Notes: generated by a model from the letters alone, not told the origin. Shown: positions 39,610 to 50,348, counted from the first letter of the stretch. The stretch: 64,000 bases of DNA from an uncultured Planctomycetota bacterium (GCA_963737655.1 CAVTTN010000002.1:1600001-1664000); one strand, 5' to 3'. Translations and numbers: made by a program.

Positions 39610-41492
39610 TCACGGCTGGGTCGGTCCGGCGACCTTGCCGGTCTTGGCGTCGAAGTCGGCCCATCGGCCGGTCCTGGCGCTGAAGACGTAGAGGTGGTCG
39701 TTGTGCTCGACCACGGCGCGATTCGACCAGACGGTGGGCTGGACTTTCGCTCCGGCTTCGAGGTCCAGCGTGTCCCACCTCTGCGCCGGGCGCTGAAGGC
39801 GTAGACGTGGTTGTCGACGGTGAACACGGCCAGACCCTGGCTGACGACCGGGGCGGCGCGACCCTTGGCCGGCTCCTTCAGGTCCAGCCCGACCCATCGG
39901 CCGGTCCGGGGGACGAAGGCGGCGAGGCCGGGGATCGTCTCCCCTTCGGCCATCAGCGTGACGACCTGGCCGCTGGCAATCGGCGTGACCTTGACCCCCT
40001 TGGGCACGTCGTAGGAGACCCAATCGCCGGTCTCGGTGCTGTAGGCCGAGACCTTCCCGGTGTCGGGCCGGGCGACGATGATGTAGTCCTCATTCTGGAG
40101 GGTGGCCAGGGACGAGCGTCCGCCGGCCCGCGCGCCGCCCATCATCCCGCCCATTCCGCCACCTCCCATGCCTCCCATGCCTCCCATGCCTCCCGTGCCG
40201 CCCATGCGACCGCCGAATCCGCCATCGAACGGCGCCTCGGCCCTCGCCAAACCTCCGAGGCCGCCCCGGGCGGGGCTGACGGGAGTTCCGCCGGCCGGCA
40301 TCGCGGCGACGCCAGGGTTGAAGGGCACCGCCGGGGGGGCCGGGGGCGCGGCCGGGGCTGCGGGGGCGGCAAGGGCGGCGCCTGGAGGCGACGTGGACGG
40401 CCTCAAGCTGGCCGCACCCTGGATCTCCACACCTCTGCGGAGGTTATCGCGCTCGGCCTCGACCTTCGCCAGCTTGGCCTGAAGCGCCTTGATCTGGGCC
40501 TCGAAATCCTTGGTCTGCTCGCGGAGCTTGGCCAGGGTCTGGTCGATCGCGTCCTGATCCTTCGCGGCCGGTTCCTGATTCGGGCCGGTGGCGGCGAACT
40601 GGCGGGCCGTGGCGCCTCCGACTCCGATCGTCAGAACGGCCGTCGCTACGAGGGCTCCGAGGAGCTTCATCTTGCCGAGGAACATGGTCGTCGAGACTCC
40701 GTCCGCCAGCGAGGCGGCGCCGGCCGGGACCATCCCGGCGAGCGTCGCCCCGGCGCCTCCGGCCGCGAAGGCGATCGCGGCCGAGACCGTGGCATCGAGC
40801 AAGGGGCGGGCGACGATCATCGCCGAGGCGTCGGCGGCCAGGACCGAGGCGATCGCCCCGGCCGCGACCGCGACCCCTCGGCGCCCGAGGCGGCCCTGGA
40901 GCCGCTCCCGGGCCGAGGCCAGACGGCTCCGGACCGTGCCCACCGGGCACTTCAGCCGGAGCGCCGCCTCGTCGTGGGTCTTCCCTTCGAGGTAGCAGAG
41001 GACCACCGGCAGCCGGAACTTCTCGGGCAGGCGGGCGATTTCCTCGTCGATCACGGCCCGGAGCTCGGCCCGGGCCACGAAATCGTCGCCGGCCGCCGAC
41101 GCGCCCATGATCGCCTCCTCCGCCTCGACTCCGGGCCTCTCCTTCGAGAGCCTCCGGGCCGAGTTCGCCCGACTCCGGACCGCCACCCGATGCGCCACCC
41201 CGTGGAGCCACGGCCCGAGCAGATCCGGGTCGCGGATCGTCCCGGCCTTGCGGACCAAAACGAGGAAGACGGCCTGGAAGGCGTCCTCCACGTCCGGCCC
41301 GGGGCCGAGGACTCGCCGGCAGACCCCCAGGACCATCGGCCCGTGACGGGCGACGAGGCCCTCCATCGCCGCCGGGTCGCGCCGGGACGCGAACCGACGG
41401 AGGAGCTCCCCGTCTCCCAATCCGGCCGCGCTGCCCGAATCGAACAGGCGGCCCATCTCCCGGACGGCGGCCCCGATCGGCCCAATCGCCAT
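39610..41492 (-). CDS. ECF sigma factor with C-terminal extension (TM, coiled coil, G/M-rich linker, propeller-like repeats); apparent frameshift ~39788
   Basis: LVARHGPMVLGVCRRVL, DVEDAFQAVFLVLVRKA, LPEKFRLPVVLCYLEGKTHDEAA..L.CPVGTVRSRL; four ..A(Y/F)S..TG.W-like repeats. Confidence 0.88.
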
Positions 41493-41716
41493 GACGTCGC
41501 CCCTCTCACTCATGCCCGCCGGGTCGGGCCGAACTGGACCCGACCGGCGTCCGGTCTCCCCCAGGTCTGCGGGGAGCGGGCGGATCAATCGGACTTTTTT
41601 CCGGAATTCAGGGTAACCGCCAGGACGTCCAGGGGCACCAGGGAATCTTTTCGGCGTCGATCCGTTGTTCCGGAAGGAGAATCCGAGGGGGCCAGCTCTC
41701 GAACCTGGAGTTTTTC

Positions 41717-41837
41717 GGGTGCCCCCGGTTCTCGAACCGGGGCGGCGGAGCCGCAAGAGGCCCGAGTCTCGGTCGGGACGTGATCGATAGAACCTCGTTG
41801 TCGCTTCGCGACCCCGGTTCGAGAACCGGGGGCACCC
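41717..41837. repeat. GGGTG-type REP doublet, family D
   Basis: gggtgcccccggttctcgaaccgggg and its inverse at 41812-41837. Confidence 0.75.
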
Positions 41838-42044
41838 CAGAAGATCCGGATTCTGGAACGACACCCGAATCCGAGGCCCCCTCCCGCCCCGGTGGAGAGG
41901 GGGGAAACGCCTCCCATTACGCCCATCGCCTCGGCCCGGGCTCGTCGATCCGTCCTCATTGCCCCGAGGCTTCGGAGGCGCTAGGATGGGGCCTCGCGCC
42001 TCGGTTGCTTCGCCGAGGCCGCCCCTCTCCGGGAGGAATCCGCC

Positions 42045-42830
42045 GTGAAACGACTCGCCCTGGCCGTGTCCGCCGTCGTCCTGGCTTCCGTCTCGACCGT
42101 CCTGGCCGACGACCCCCCTCGGCCGATCAAGCTCCTGATCATCACGGGAGATAATGTCGGGGCCCACGACTGGAAGTCCACCACGCAGGCCCTCCGCGAC
42201 TTCCTCTCGGCCCAGGGCCGGGTGAGCGTCGAGGCCACCTCGACCGCCTCGAAGGACCTGACCGACGAGAACCTCGCGAAGTACGACGCCCTGTTGCTGA
42301 ACTATCGCGACACCGACCAGGGACCGCCCGAGAGCCGGTGGTCCGAGGCCAACAAGGCCGCCTTCTTGAAGGCCGTGAAGGGGGGCAAGGGCCTGGTCGT
42401 GATCCATTACTCGTCGGCCGCCTTCACCAAGCCGAACTGGGACGAGTTCGAGAAGGCCACCGCCGGGGGGTGGAGGTCCCAGGGCTTCCACGGCCCGGCC
42501 CACGTCTTCACCGTCAAGACGACCGACGCCAAGCACCCGATCTCCGAGGGGATGCCGTCGTCGTTCACTCACGCGAAGGACGAGTTGTATCAGAACTCGG
42601 TGATGGTGCCCGGCAGCATCGTCCTGGCCACGGCCTATTCCGACCCCAAGCTCCCCAGGGGCACCGGCAAGGACGAGGCCGCGGTGTGGGTGAACCAGTA
42701 CGGCGAGGGCCGGGTCTTCAACACGGTGCTGGGCCACGACGCCGCCGCCCTGAATGACCCGAACGTCCAGGCGTGGATCAAGCGAGGCGTGGAGTGGGCG
42801 GCGACCGGGAAGGTCTCGACGTCTCCTTGA
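42045..42830 (+). CDS. Secreted ThuA-like (class I glutamine amidotransferase-like) protein
   Basis: Signal peptide; HDW; GGKGLVVIH; DELY; YGEGRVFNTVLGHD. Confidence 0.9.
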   Translation: MKRLALAVSAVVLASVSTVLADDPPRPIKLLIITGDNVGAHDWKSTTQALRDFLSAQGRVSVEATSTASKDLTDENLAKYDALLLNYRDTDQGPPESRWSEANKAAFLKAVKGGKGLVVIHYSSAAFTKPNWDEFEKATAGGWRSQGFHGPAHVFTVKTTDAKHPISEGMPSSFTHAKDELYQNSVMVPGSIVLATAYSDPKLPRGTGKDEAAVWVNQYGEGRVFNTVLGHDAAALNDPNVQAWIKRGVEWAATGKVSTSP

Positions 42831-42945
42831 GAATCCCGCGCAAGCAAGATGGGGGACGGGCTCCTCGTTTGCGAGGCGCTCCTCCCCGCCTTGCCCGGGA
42901 TTCTCGGGACCGACCGATTCGATCGCCCGAGCGGAGGAGACGGCC

Positions 42946-43308
42946 ATGCCGCCGCCCGGCCAGCGCGATTACTCCTCGAGCCGGCTGACCCGCCATGCCC
43001 TGGAACGGTTCGTGGAGCGGTTCGGAGGGGCGCCCGAGGAGGCCGAGGCGTCCCTCCGGTCGGCCCTGGGCCGGGCCCGCCGGCTCGGCCGGAACCCGGA
43101 GAACGGGGCGGTCGCGGCCCTGGCGGTCCACTCGGGTCGGATGCTCGTGGCGGTGCTCCAGGACGACGCCTGCCTGACCGTGCTGACCTGGCCCCAGTTC
43201 GAGCCCCGGATGCCCGAGTTCGGCCGGGCCCGGCTGCCCCGCAAGCGAGGCCGGCTGCTCCGAAGGCTCGTCGAGGGGCCCGAGTCCGGGTCGGCGGAGG
43301 GGGCCTGA
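42946..43308 (+). CDS. Hypothetical protein (120 aa)
   Basis: GGAGGAG RBS; LTRHALERFVERF motif. Confidence 0.65.
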   Translation: MPPPGQRDYSSSRLTRHALERFVERFGGAPEEAEASLRSALGRARRLGRNPENGAVAALAVHSGRMLVAVLQDDACLTVLTWPQFEPRMPEFGRARLPRKRGRLLRRLVEGPESGSAEGA

Positions 43309-43600
43309 GCGCCTCTCCTCCCTCGCCGATCGGAAGTTCGGAGGAATTTTCCAAAAAATTCTTGTGTCAAGCGCGATTAAGCGTTATAGGAGAGATCCTC
43401 CCTTCGCCTCGACCCGTTCCAACTCGCGACCTCCCGGAGGCCCCGGACCCCGTCCGGGCCCTCGATCCGTCGCGCGGTTCGTGAGCGGAGTCCTCGAAGA
43501 GAGGCCAGCCGATCCGGCGGTCGCGAGGTCCGCGATCGGGATGCCGGCGGCGGTAGCCTGATGGGGACACGGACGTCTCCGGTCGTGAGGGAAAACGACC

Positions 43601-43852
43601 ATGAGGGATCGTCGCGTCCTCCTTGCGCTGCTGGCCTGCGTGTTCGCGGTCCCCCTGTGGATCGACCTGGCAACCTCGGCCGCTCGCTCGCCGGTCCGCG
43701 GATCGGCGAGGGCCGCCCGCCTGCCATCCGGGCTGACCCCCGGGGGCGGCTTCCACTCGATCCTGGTCCTTGGCCTGGCGGTGGCCGGGCGAGAGCGTCG
43801 CCGCCTCCACGCCTGGCTCGACGAACTCTCCTCGGGGACCGAGCCGGCCTGA
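43601..43852 (+). CDS. Small hypothetical membrane protein
   Basis: 83 aa with two hydrophobic segments; GAGG upstream. Confidence 0.45.
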   Translation: MRDRRVLLALLACVFAVPLWIDLATSAARSPVRGSARAARLPSGLTPGGGFHSILVLGLAVAGRERRRLHAWLDELSSGTEPA

Positions 43853-43983
43853 AGACCGGCCCGAGGCCCCGATCCGTTCGGTTGCGCCCGATTTCGTGCG
43901 ATTCCTCCCGGCCGGCTTCCCAAGGCGAGCTCGGCCGGGAGGGATCGGCGATCGGTCCTTAACAAAACTTGAGTGCGAGCGAT

Positions 43984-46022
43984 TTAGGCGTGGATCAGCA
44001 ATCCGACCTGCTCGGGCAATTGCTCGGCGACGGCCTGGATCACGTCCCCCTTCATGACCTTCCACAGGGCCCCTCGGCGGGTGGTGCCGAGCAGGAGCAG
44101 GTCGGCGCCGTGGGTCACGGCCATGTCGAGGATGGCGTCGGGGACGTCCGAGGAGACCGCGTAGAGCAGGCGAAGGGGGACGCCGGCCGTGCCGGCCTGG
44201 TTGCGGACGCGCTCGAACAGGGCGTTGGCGTCGAGGTCTTCGGCCAGGGTGGGGATGGCGGTGGGCCCCATCGGCGTGACGGCCAGCAGGCGGACGAAGA
44301 GGATCTGGAGCTCGGCCTGGCGGGTCAGGCATTCCTGCATGGCGAACTCGATCAGCCGGGGATTGCCCTGGGTCGGGACCATGATTCGGTACTTCGGCGA
44401 GTACGCGCCGGGCAGGAGCATCTTCGGCCGGGCCGGGGCCACCGGGGGGTGGGTGGCCTCGGAGTCCTGGAGGGCCTGACGGAGCGCCTGGGTCTTCAGG
44501 CTCGCCGTGGCCACGGCGCCGGCGACGGCCACCGAGCCCCAGAACCCCACGTCGGCCAGGGTGAAGATCCACCGGCGCCCCTCGGACAGCGAGAACCCGA
44601 CGATCTCCCCGTGGAAGGCGTTCAGGATCGCCAGGCCCAGGCCCGCCACCACCGAGCCGATCGCCAGGGCCAGGTAATTCCTCCTCGATCGGGACGGGAT
44701 CGGCACCGCCTTGTTGGAGACCGTCGTCGCCAATCGACCGGCCAGCCCGACGATCAGGACGACCATCGCGAACGCCCGGGCGTGCGGCTTCACCAGGGCG
44801 ATCGTGACCTCGATGGCGATCAGGACTCCCGTGAGCAGGAGCATGAGCGCACGCTCATGCCCCTTGATCGCCAGCTTGTGGTTGGTGGAGATCGACCCGA
44901 GGTTGATCGCGATCGCCCCGACCACCCCGATGGCATAGAGGTCCGCCAGGGCCTCGACCCTCGGGAACAGCAGGACGATCGCCGCCGGGACGATCGCCGC
45001 GACGACCAGGGGCAACTGCGGCATCCCGAACCGGTTCAGCCCGCCGAAGGCCCCGGGCAATTCCTTGTCTCGCGACAGCATGAACTGGACCGAGACCAGC
45101 GCCCCAGCGCCGTGTTCACCGCCGAGAGCAGGAGCAAGGCGAAGACGACCGAGGCGACCTCGGAGAAGTGCGGGATGGACGGGTCCACGAACCGATGGGC
45201 GATGACCTTGAGCATGTCGCCGGTGTGGGCGAGCTCGGCGCCGTCGGGCGTCCTCTGATTGAGGATCGAGTCGGGCAGGGCGTTCATCGCCGCGGCGAGG
45301 ATCAGGTTGAGGATCACGATCTCGACCAGGACCGGCAGGATCGTCCGTCGGGCCGTCTTCTCGACGGGCTGGACCATGATCCCGGTCATGTTCGCCACCG
45401 CCTCGACGCCCGACAGCGCCAGGACGATCTCGGTGAAGCCGATCCACGACTGCTTGACCCCCTTGCTCAGCGGAGAGGCCAGGTGGACCTCCGACGGGTT
45501 CAGGTGGGGCAGGCAGAACACGGCGACGATGAGCGTCAGCGCGATCGTCGCCAGGGCCACGAACATCGCCACCAGGCCCGACTTGCTCGGCCCGAAGATG
45601 TTCAGGCCGGCGATGGCCAGGATCGTCAGCGCCGTGGCCAGGGCATCGACCGGCACGCGGTTGAAGAGATAAATCTCCTTGATGCCCAGGTAGTGGAAGG
45701 CGTCCAGGCAGGACAGGGACGCCGTGACCACGTAGTCGGCACAGAGGAGCAGGACGCCGACGACGGCCAGGAGCTGCGAGCGTTGCCGGGCGGCCGAATA
45801 GACGCCCCCGCCGTCGGGGAAGAGGCGGCAGACGGTGGTGTAGCTCCAGCCCACGCCGATCATCAGCAGGCACATGGCCGCGACGAACCAGAACGAGGCG
45901 CGGCCGTTGAAGGCGAAGGCCAGGCCCAGGACGTAGAGTCGGCTCGTCCCCCAGTCCCCGAAGAGCATCGGCCCGGCGTGGTACCACTTCAGCTCGCGGG
46001 GACGTTCCCCGGTGGTCAGCAT
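43984..46022 (-). CDS. APC-family (KimA/YdaO-like) transporter fused to a USP domain, paralog 2; apparent frameshift ~45103
   Basis: GDWGTSRLY, GGGVY, LALSGVEAVAN, LYAIGVVG; C-terminal ILDMAVTHGADLLLLGTTRRG USP; one G missing relative to paralog 1. Confidence 0.85.
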
Positions 46023-46099
46023 GAGGCTCTCATCCGAAGGGGGGGACGAAAAGGCCGACGCTCCCGCCTGACCGGGCCACGCTCGGCGATCGACGAGCC

Positions 46100-46128
46100 A
46101 TTAACCCCGATCTCCCGGGGCGAGTCAA
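46100..46128 (-). promoter_or_regulatory. Putative internal promoter for paralog 2
   Basis: TTGACT-17bp-GTTAAT, ~80 bp upstream of the ATG at 46022. Confidence 0.5.
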
Positions 46129-46145
46129 GCTGGGGGGCCTTGACT

Positions 46146-46310
46146 GGGCAGTGGGCAGGAAGCAGTGGGCAGTGGGCAGTGGGCAGTGGGCAGGAAGCAG
46201 TGGGCAGTGGATGAGACATCATGGCCCATTCGGGCGACCGGCATTCTCGTTCGAACGTTCTTCTCTGCCCACTGCCCACTGCCCACTGCTTCCGGCCCAC
46301 TGCCCACTGC
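46146..46310. repeat. Inverted heptamer tandem arrays (GGGCAGT)n ... (ACTGCCC)n
   Basis: About 9 units at 46146-46210 and about 6 inverted units at 46265-46310. Confidence 0.9.
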
Positions 46311-46313
46311 CTC

Positions 46314-48323
46314 TCACGCATGAATCAATAGGTCGATCCCCTCGGGCAATTGTTCGGCGACGGCCTGGATCACGTCCCCCTTCATGACCTTCCACAGCGA
46401 TCCCCGCCGGGTCGCGCCGAGGACCAGCAAGTTCGCGCCGTGGGTCACGGTCATGTCGAGGATGGCGTCGGGGACGTCGGCGGCCACCGCGTAAAGGAGC
46501 CGGATCGGCACGCCTTCCGCCTTGGCTCGCTCGCGGACGGTCTCGAACAGGGCGCGGGCCTGCTCGTCCTCGGCGAGGGTGGGGATGGTCGTCGGCCCCA
46601 TCGGCGTGAAGGCCAGCAAGCGGATGAACAGCAGTTGGAGCTCCGCCTGGCGGCTCTTGCACTCCTTGAACGCGAAGTTCAGGAGCCGCGGGCTGCCCTG
46701 GGTGGCGACCATCAGCCGTTCCTTCGGCGTGTAATTGCCGTGGATCATCATCAGGGGCTTCGCCGGGGCCGCGGGGGCCTCGGGATGGTCGGCCGCGATC
46801 ATGGCCTGGCGGTAATGCTGCGTCCGGGCGCTGAGGAGGCCCACCGCCACGGCCGTCGCGACCGACAGGGCGAACGACTCGATCGAGTTCTTCATCAGGG
46901 TGACGATCGCCAGCTCCGCCGCCAGCAGGCCCGAGGCCGAGCCGAGGAAGAAGGCCCTCTGGCCCCGGGTGATTGGCGCCGCCCGGCTCGCCACGACCGT
47001 GGCCACTCGCCCGGCCAGCCCCGCCACCAGGACGATCAGCGCGAACCCCCGGGCCTCGGGCTTGATCACGCAGATCGTCCCCTCGATGGCGATCATGATC
47101 GCCGTGAGGACCAGCATCAGCGCGCGCTCGCCCCCGCGGAGCGCCAGCTCGCGGTTGGTCGAGGTCGTCCCGAGGTTGATCGCGATCGCCCCGACCACGC
47201 CGATGGCGTACAGGCCCGACAGCGCCGTGACGTCCGGGAAGAGCAGGACCACGACGGCCGGCACGATCGCCCCGATCGCCAGCGGCAGGACCGGCATCCC
47301 GTAGCGGTTCAGGCCGTGGAAGGCCGCCGGCAGCTCCTTGTCTCGCGAGAGCATGAACTGGATCGACACCAGGTCCGCCAGCGCCGTGTTGACCGCCGAG
47401 AGCAGGAGCAGGGCGAAGACGACCGAGGCCACCGCGGCGAACTTCGCGCCGACGAAGTACTCGGCGATCACCTTGAGCATGTCGTCGGTGTGGGCGAGCT
47501 TGGACGGGTCGCTCGGGTTGGGCGTACTCAGGACCGACTCGGGCAGGGCGTTCATCGCCGCGGCGAGGATCAGGTTGAGGATCACGATCTCGATCAGGAC
47601 CGGCAGGATCGCCTTCCTCGCCGTCTTCTCGACCGGCTGGACCATGATCCCGGTCATGTTGGCGATCGCCTCGACGCCCGAGAGCGCCAGGACGATCTCG
47701 GTGAACCCGACCCAGGACTCCCAGCCGCTCCGGCCGTGGAACGGCGAGGTGATCTTCAACGGGTCGAGCCCGGAGATCGGCGCCACGCCGAGGAAGTGCA
47801 TCGCGGCGCGGGAGCCGATCACCAGCGTCAGGGCGATCGTGGCCAGGGCGATGAACATGGCGATCGTCCCGGTCTTGGCCGGGCCGAAGTAGTTCAACCC
47901 GCCGATGGCCAGGATCGTCACGGCGGCGAGGACCGCCTCGATCGGCAACGGCCCGATCTTCGTGCCGCCGAAGCCCAGGGCGGCTTCGAGATAGTGGAAG
48001 GCGTCCAGGCACGACAATGACGCCGTGACCACGTAATCCGCGCATAACAACAGGCCGCCGATCACGGCCAGGAGCTGCGACCGGTGGCGGGCCGACGAGT
48101 ACACCCCTCCGCCGTCGGGGAACAGCCGGCAGATGATCTCGTAGCTCCAGCCGACGCCGACGAGCAGGACGCTCATCAGGGCGATGAACCAGAACGACGC
48201 ATGGCCGTTGAAGGCGAAGGCCAGGCCCAGGACGTAGAGGCGGCTCGTCCCCCAGTCCCCGAAGAGCATCGGCCCGGCGTGATACCACTTCAGCTCGCGG
48301 GGGCGTTCCCCGGTGGTCAACAT
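46314..48323 (-). CDS. APC-family (KimA/YdaO-like) transporter fused to a USP domain, paralog 1
   Basis: Start MLTTGERPRELKWYHAG identical to paralog 2; intact ORF; downstream of the c-di-AMP riboswitch. Confidence 0.88.
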   Translation of the reverse strand: MLTTGERPRELKWYHAGPMLFGDWGTSRLYVLGLAFAFNGHASFWFIALMSVLLVGVGWSYEIICRLFPDGGGVYSSARHRSQLLAVIGGLLLCADYVVTASLSCLDAFHYLEAALGFGGTKIGPLPIEAVLAAVTILAIGGLNYFGPAKTGTIAMFIALATIALTLVIGSRAAMHFLGVAPISGLDPLKITSPFHGRSGWESWVGFTEIVLALSGVEAIANMTGIMVQPVEKTARKAILPVLIEIVILNLILAAAMNALPESVLSTPNPSDPSKLAHTDDMLKVIAEYFVGAKFAAVASVVFALLLLSAVNTALADLVSIQFMLSRDKELPAAFHGLNRYGMPVLPLAIGAIVPAVVVLLFPDVTALSGLYAIGVVGAIAINLGTTSTNRELALRGGERALMLVLTAIMIAIEGTICVIKPEARGFALIVLVAGLAGRVATVVASRAAPITRGQRAFFLGSASGLLAAELAIVTLMKNSIESFALSVATAVAVGLLSARTQHYRQAMIAADHPEAPAAPAKPLMMIHGNYTPKERLMVATQGSPRLLNFAFKECKSRQAELQLLFIRLLAFTPMGPTTIPTLAEDEQARALFETVRERAKAEGVPIRLLYAVAADVPDAILDMTVTHGANLLVLGATRRGSLWKVMKGDVIQAVAEQLPEGIDLLIHA

Positions 48324-48441
48324 CGTTTTGCGCGTTTCTTGGAAGCACGGTCCGCCAGGGGAAGGGACGGCCCCCTCGGGCTGGCGGACAGCCTCCCCGG
48401 GGGTCAAGCACGGGACGATCGGGGCCGGGGTTTGGCCGGGC

Positions 48442-48594
48442 TCAGGGACGGAGCTTCAGCCGCTCGGCCAGGACTCCGCAGACGAGGAACAGGTTGGCCG
48501 AGAGCCACTCGGAGAGGCCCATGAGCGCCAATGCCACCAGGTCGGCCGTCGCCAGAATGGCGACGCCCATCCAGTTCTTCGAGCGCGCGGTCAT
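48442..48594 (-). CDS. Small 50-aa hydrophobic protein (not in the ORF track)
   Basis: MTARSKNWMGVAILATADLVALALMGLSEWLSANLFLVCGVLAERLKLRP; GGAG upstream; GC-rich third positions. Confidence 0.55.
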   Translation of the reverse strand: MTARSKNWMGVAILATADLVALALMGLSEWLSANLFLVCGVLAERLKLRP

Positions 48595-48749
48595 GACGGG
48601 AGACTCCGCGAGCCGACCCGATCCGCCCGGGATGGACGGGGGGCCTCCGCCATCGCCCTTCGAACGGCGAGGCGGCTCACTCGGAGCTGTTGGAGGGGCC
48701 GGCCCACGCGGCCGGACGGCCGATCGATGGAGAATCGATCGGCGGAGTG

Positions 48750-48885
48750 CGATCCCCTTCGGACGCCTACGAGGTTAGCTGACGGGCTCGGAGCCGAAAG
48801 GTTGCCCCGCCGCACCAAAAGGTACGGTTAGCCCCAAAGAGTGGGTCCCCCGCTCTCCTCTTCCGAGGAGACTCGGCGATATCAA
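48750..48885 (-). ncRNA. c-di-AMP (ydaO/yuaA) riboswitch
   Basis: Minus strand: ATCGCCGAG-TCTCCTC GGAA GAGGAGA-GCGGGGGACCCA-CTCTTTGGGGCTAA...CCCGTCAGCTAACCTCGTAGGCG..GAAGGGG; all landmark motifs in order; upstream of YdaO-like transporters. Confidence 0.88.
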
Positions 48886-48971
48886 CAGCGTCCCAGAGTT
48901 CAGGCGCGGTCCATTTCACCGCCCCCGAGGACCTTCGTCAAGAGGGCCCCGATTCTTGAGGACCGGATCGA

Positions 48972-49643
48972 TCACGGACCCACCTCGGGAGGCGGACCGC
49001 CTTTCCAGCGATCGGCCTCGGCCAGCAGGCCGGACAGGCGGAGCTCGAACCCCGGGAGGATCTCGGTCCGATAGATTTCGCCCTCCGGGACGACCGTCTC
49101 CACCGGCCCGGTCGGGGTCGCCCGGACGACCGTGAGCGTGCGGAGGATGCGGTCGATGATCCAGTATTCCCGGACCCCGGCGGCCAGGTATTCGCGGCGC
49201 TTCTCGACGTCATCCCTCCGCCAGTTGCGCTTGCCGGGCGAGACGAACTCGACGACGATCGTCGGGACGTCCCGCTTCGGGTCCGGCATCCGGCCCAGGC
49301 CCGCCCAGATCACCCGATCGGCCCTCCGCCGCTTGTCCGGCAGGAAGACATAACGCTCCGGCAAGGTCGTGTCCAGGGCCGACCCGTTCGGATGAGTCTT
49401 CTTGTAAAGACGGAGATCGTACCCCAGCTCCTCATTCGGGTTTGACTCCTCCTCCGACGGGATCGGCGTGACGACGAGGACTCCTCGGATCAACTCATGG
49501 CGATAGTCAATATCGACGTCCTCGACCGTCAACGCATCGAATTCCTCGGCCGTCATCGTGAGTCCGGCGTCGGCGAAGCCAAGAACGCGGATCGGCGGCG
49601 GCTCGACCGCCTCGGTCGTCTCCGGCAGTTCGGCGAGGCTCAT
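48972..49643 (-). CDS. Uma2 family (PD-(D/E)XK) endonuclease-like protein, copy 2
   Basis: ELIRGVLVV, RRADRVIW, PTIVVEFVSPG, KRREYLAAGVREYWIID. Confidence 0.9.
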   Translation of the reverse strand: MSLAELPETTEAVEPPPIRVLGFADAGLTMTAEEFDALTVEDVDIDYRHELIRGVLVVTPIPSEEESNPNEELGYDLRLYKKTHPNGSALDTTLPERYVFLPDKRRRADRVIWAGLGRMPDPKRDVPTIVVEFVSPGKRNWRRDDVEKRREYLAAGVREYWIIDRILRTLTVVRATPTGPVETVVPEGEIYRTEILPGFELRLSGLLAEADRWKGGPPPEVGP

Positions 49644-49688
49644 GGCAAGGGCTCCGATCGGGGAGGGGCCGTTCAGGCCGGGAACGGC

Positions 49689-50348
49689 TCAGGCGCCGGC
49701 GGGGTCGTCCTTCCAGCGATCGGCGCGGGCCAGGAGACGGGCCAGGGGGAGTTCGAAGCCTGGGAGGAGGTCGGTCCGATAGGTCTCGGACTCGGCCAGC
49801 ACTCGTTCGGCGATCCCCTCGGCCGAGGCCCGGATGACGGTCATCGTCCGGGCGAATCGATCGATAATCCAGTACTCGATCACCCCGGCGGCCAGGTATT
49901 CCCGCCGTTTCACGACGTAATCCCGCCTCCAGTTCCGCTGACCGCCCGAGACGAACTCGATCACGATCGTCGGCACGTCGCGCCTGGGATTCGGGCGGCG
50001 TCCCAGCCCGGCCCAGACGACCCGATCGGCCCTCCGACGGTTCTCGGTGTACACGTAACGCTCGGCGAGGGTGTCGTCCAGCGCGTTGCCCTGGGGATTC
50101 GTGTCCCGGTACGTGCGGAGGAGGTGCCCGAGCTCCTCGTTCGGGTCGCCTTCGGCCTCGGAGGGGATCGGGCTCACGACCAGGACTCCCTGGACCAGTT
50201 CATAACGGTAGTCGCGATCGACGTCCTCGTCGCTCAGGGCGTCGAATTCCTCGGCCGTCATCAAGAGTCCGGCGTCGGCGAACCCGAGGCCGCGGATCGG
50301 CGGCGGTTCGACCGCCTCGATCGTCTCCGGCAGTTCGGCGAGGCTCAT
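49689..50348 (-). CDS. Uma2 family endonuclease-like protein, copy 1
   Basis: Same motifs; N-terminus nearly identical to copy 2. Confidence 0.9.
   Translation of the reverse strand: MSLAELPETIEAVEPPPIRGLGFADAGLLMTAEEFDALSDEDVDRDYRYELVQGVLVVSPIPSEAEGDPNEELGHLLRTYRDTNPQGNALDDTLAERYVYTENRRRADRVVWAGLGRRPNPRRDVPTIVIEFVSGGQRNWRRDYVVKRREYLAAGVIEYWIIDRFARTMTVIRASAEGIAERVLAESETYRTDLLPGFELPLARLLARADRWKDDPAGA

Noticed and set aside
40138..40205. CCTCCCATG tandem repeat
   Set aside because: Encodes the MGG low-complexity linker of the ECF sigma factor
46146..46310. Short ORFs translated from heptamer arrays (QWAVGSG / LPTAHCP), also at 51509-51595
   Set aside because: Artefacts of 7-bp tandem repeats with no other coding evidence
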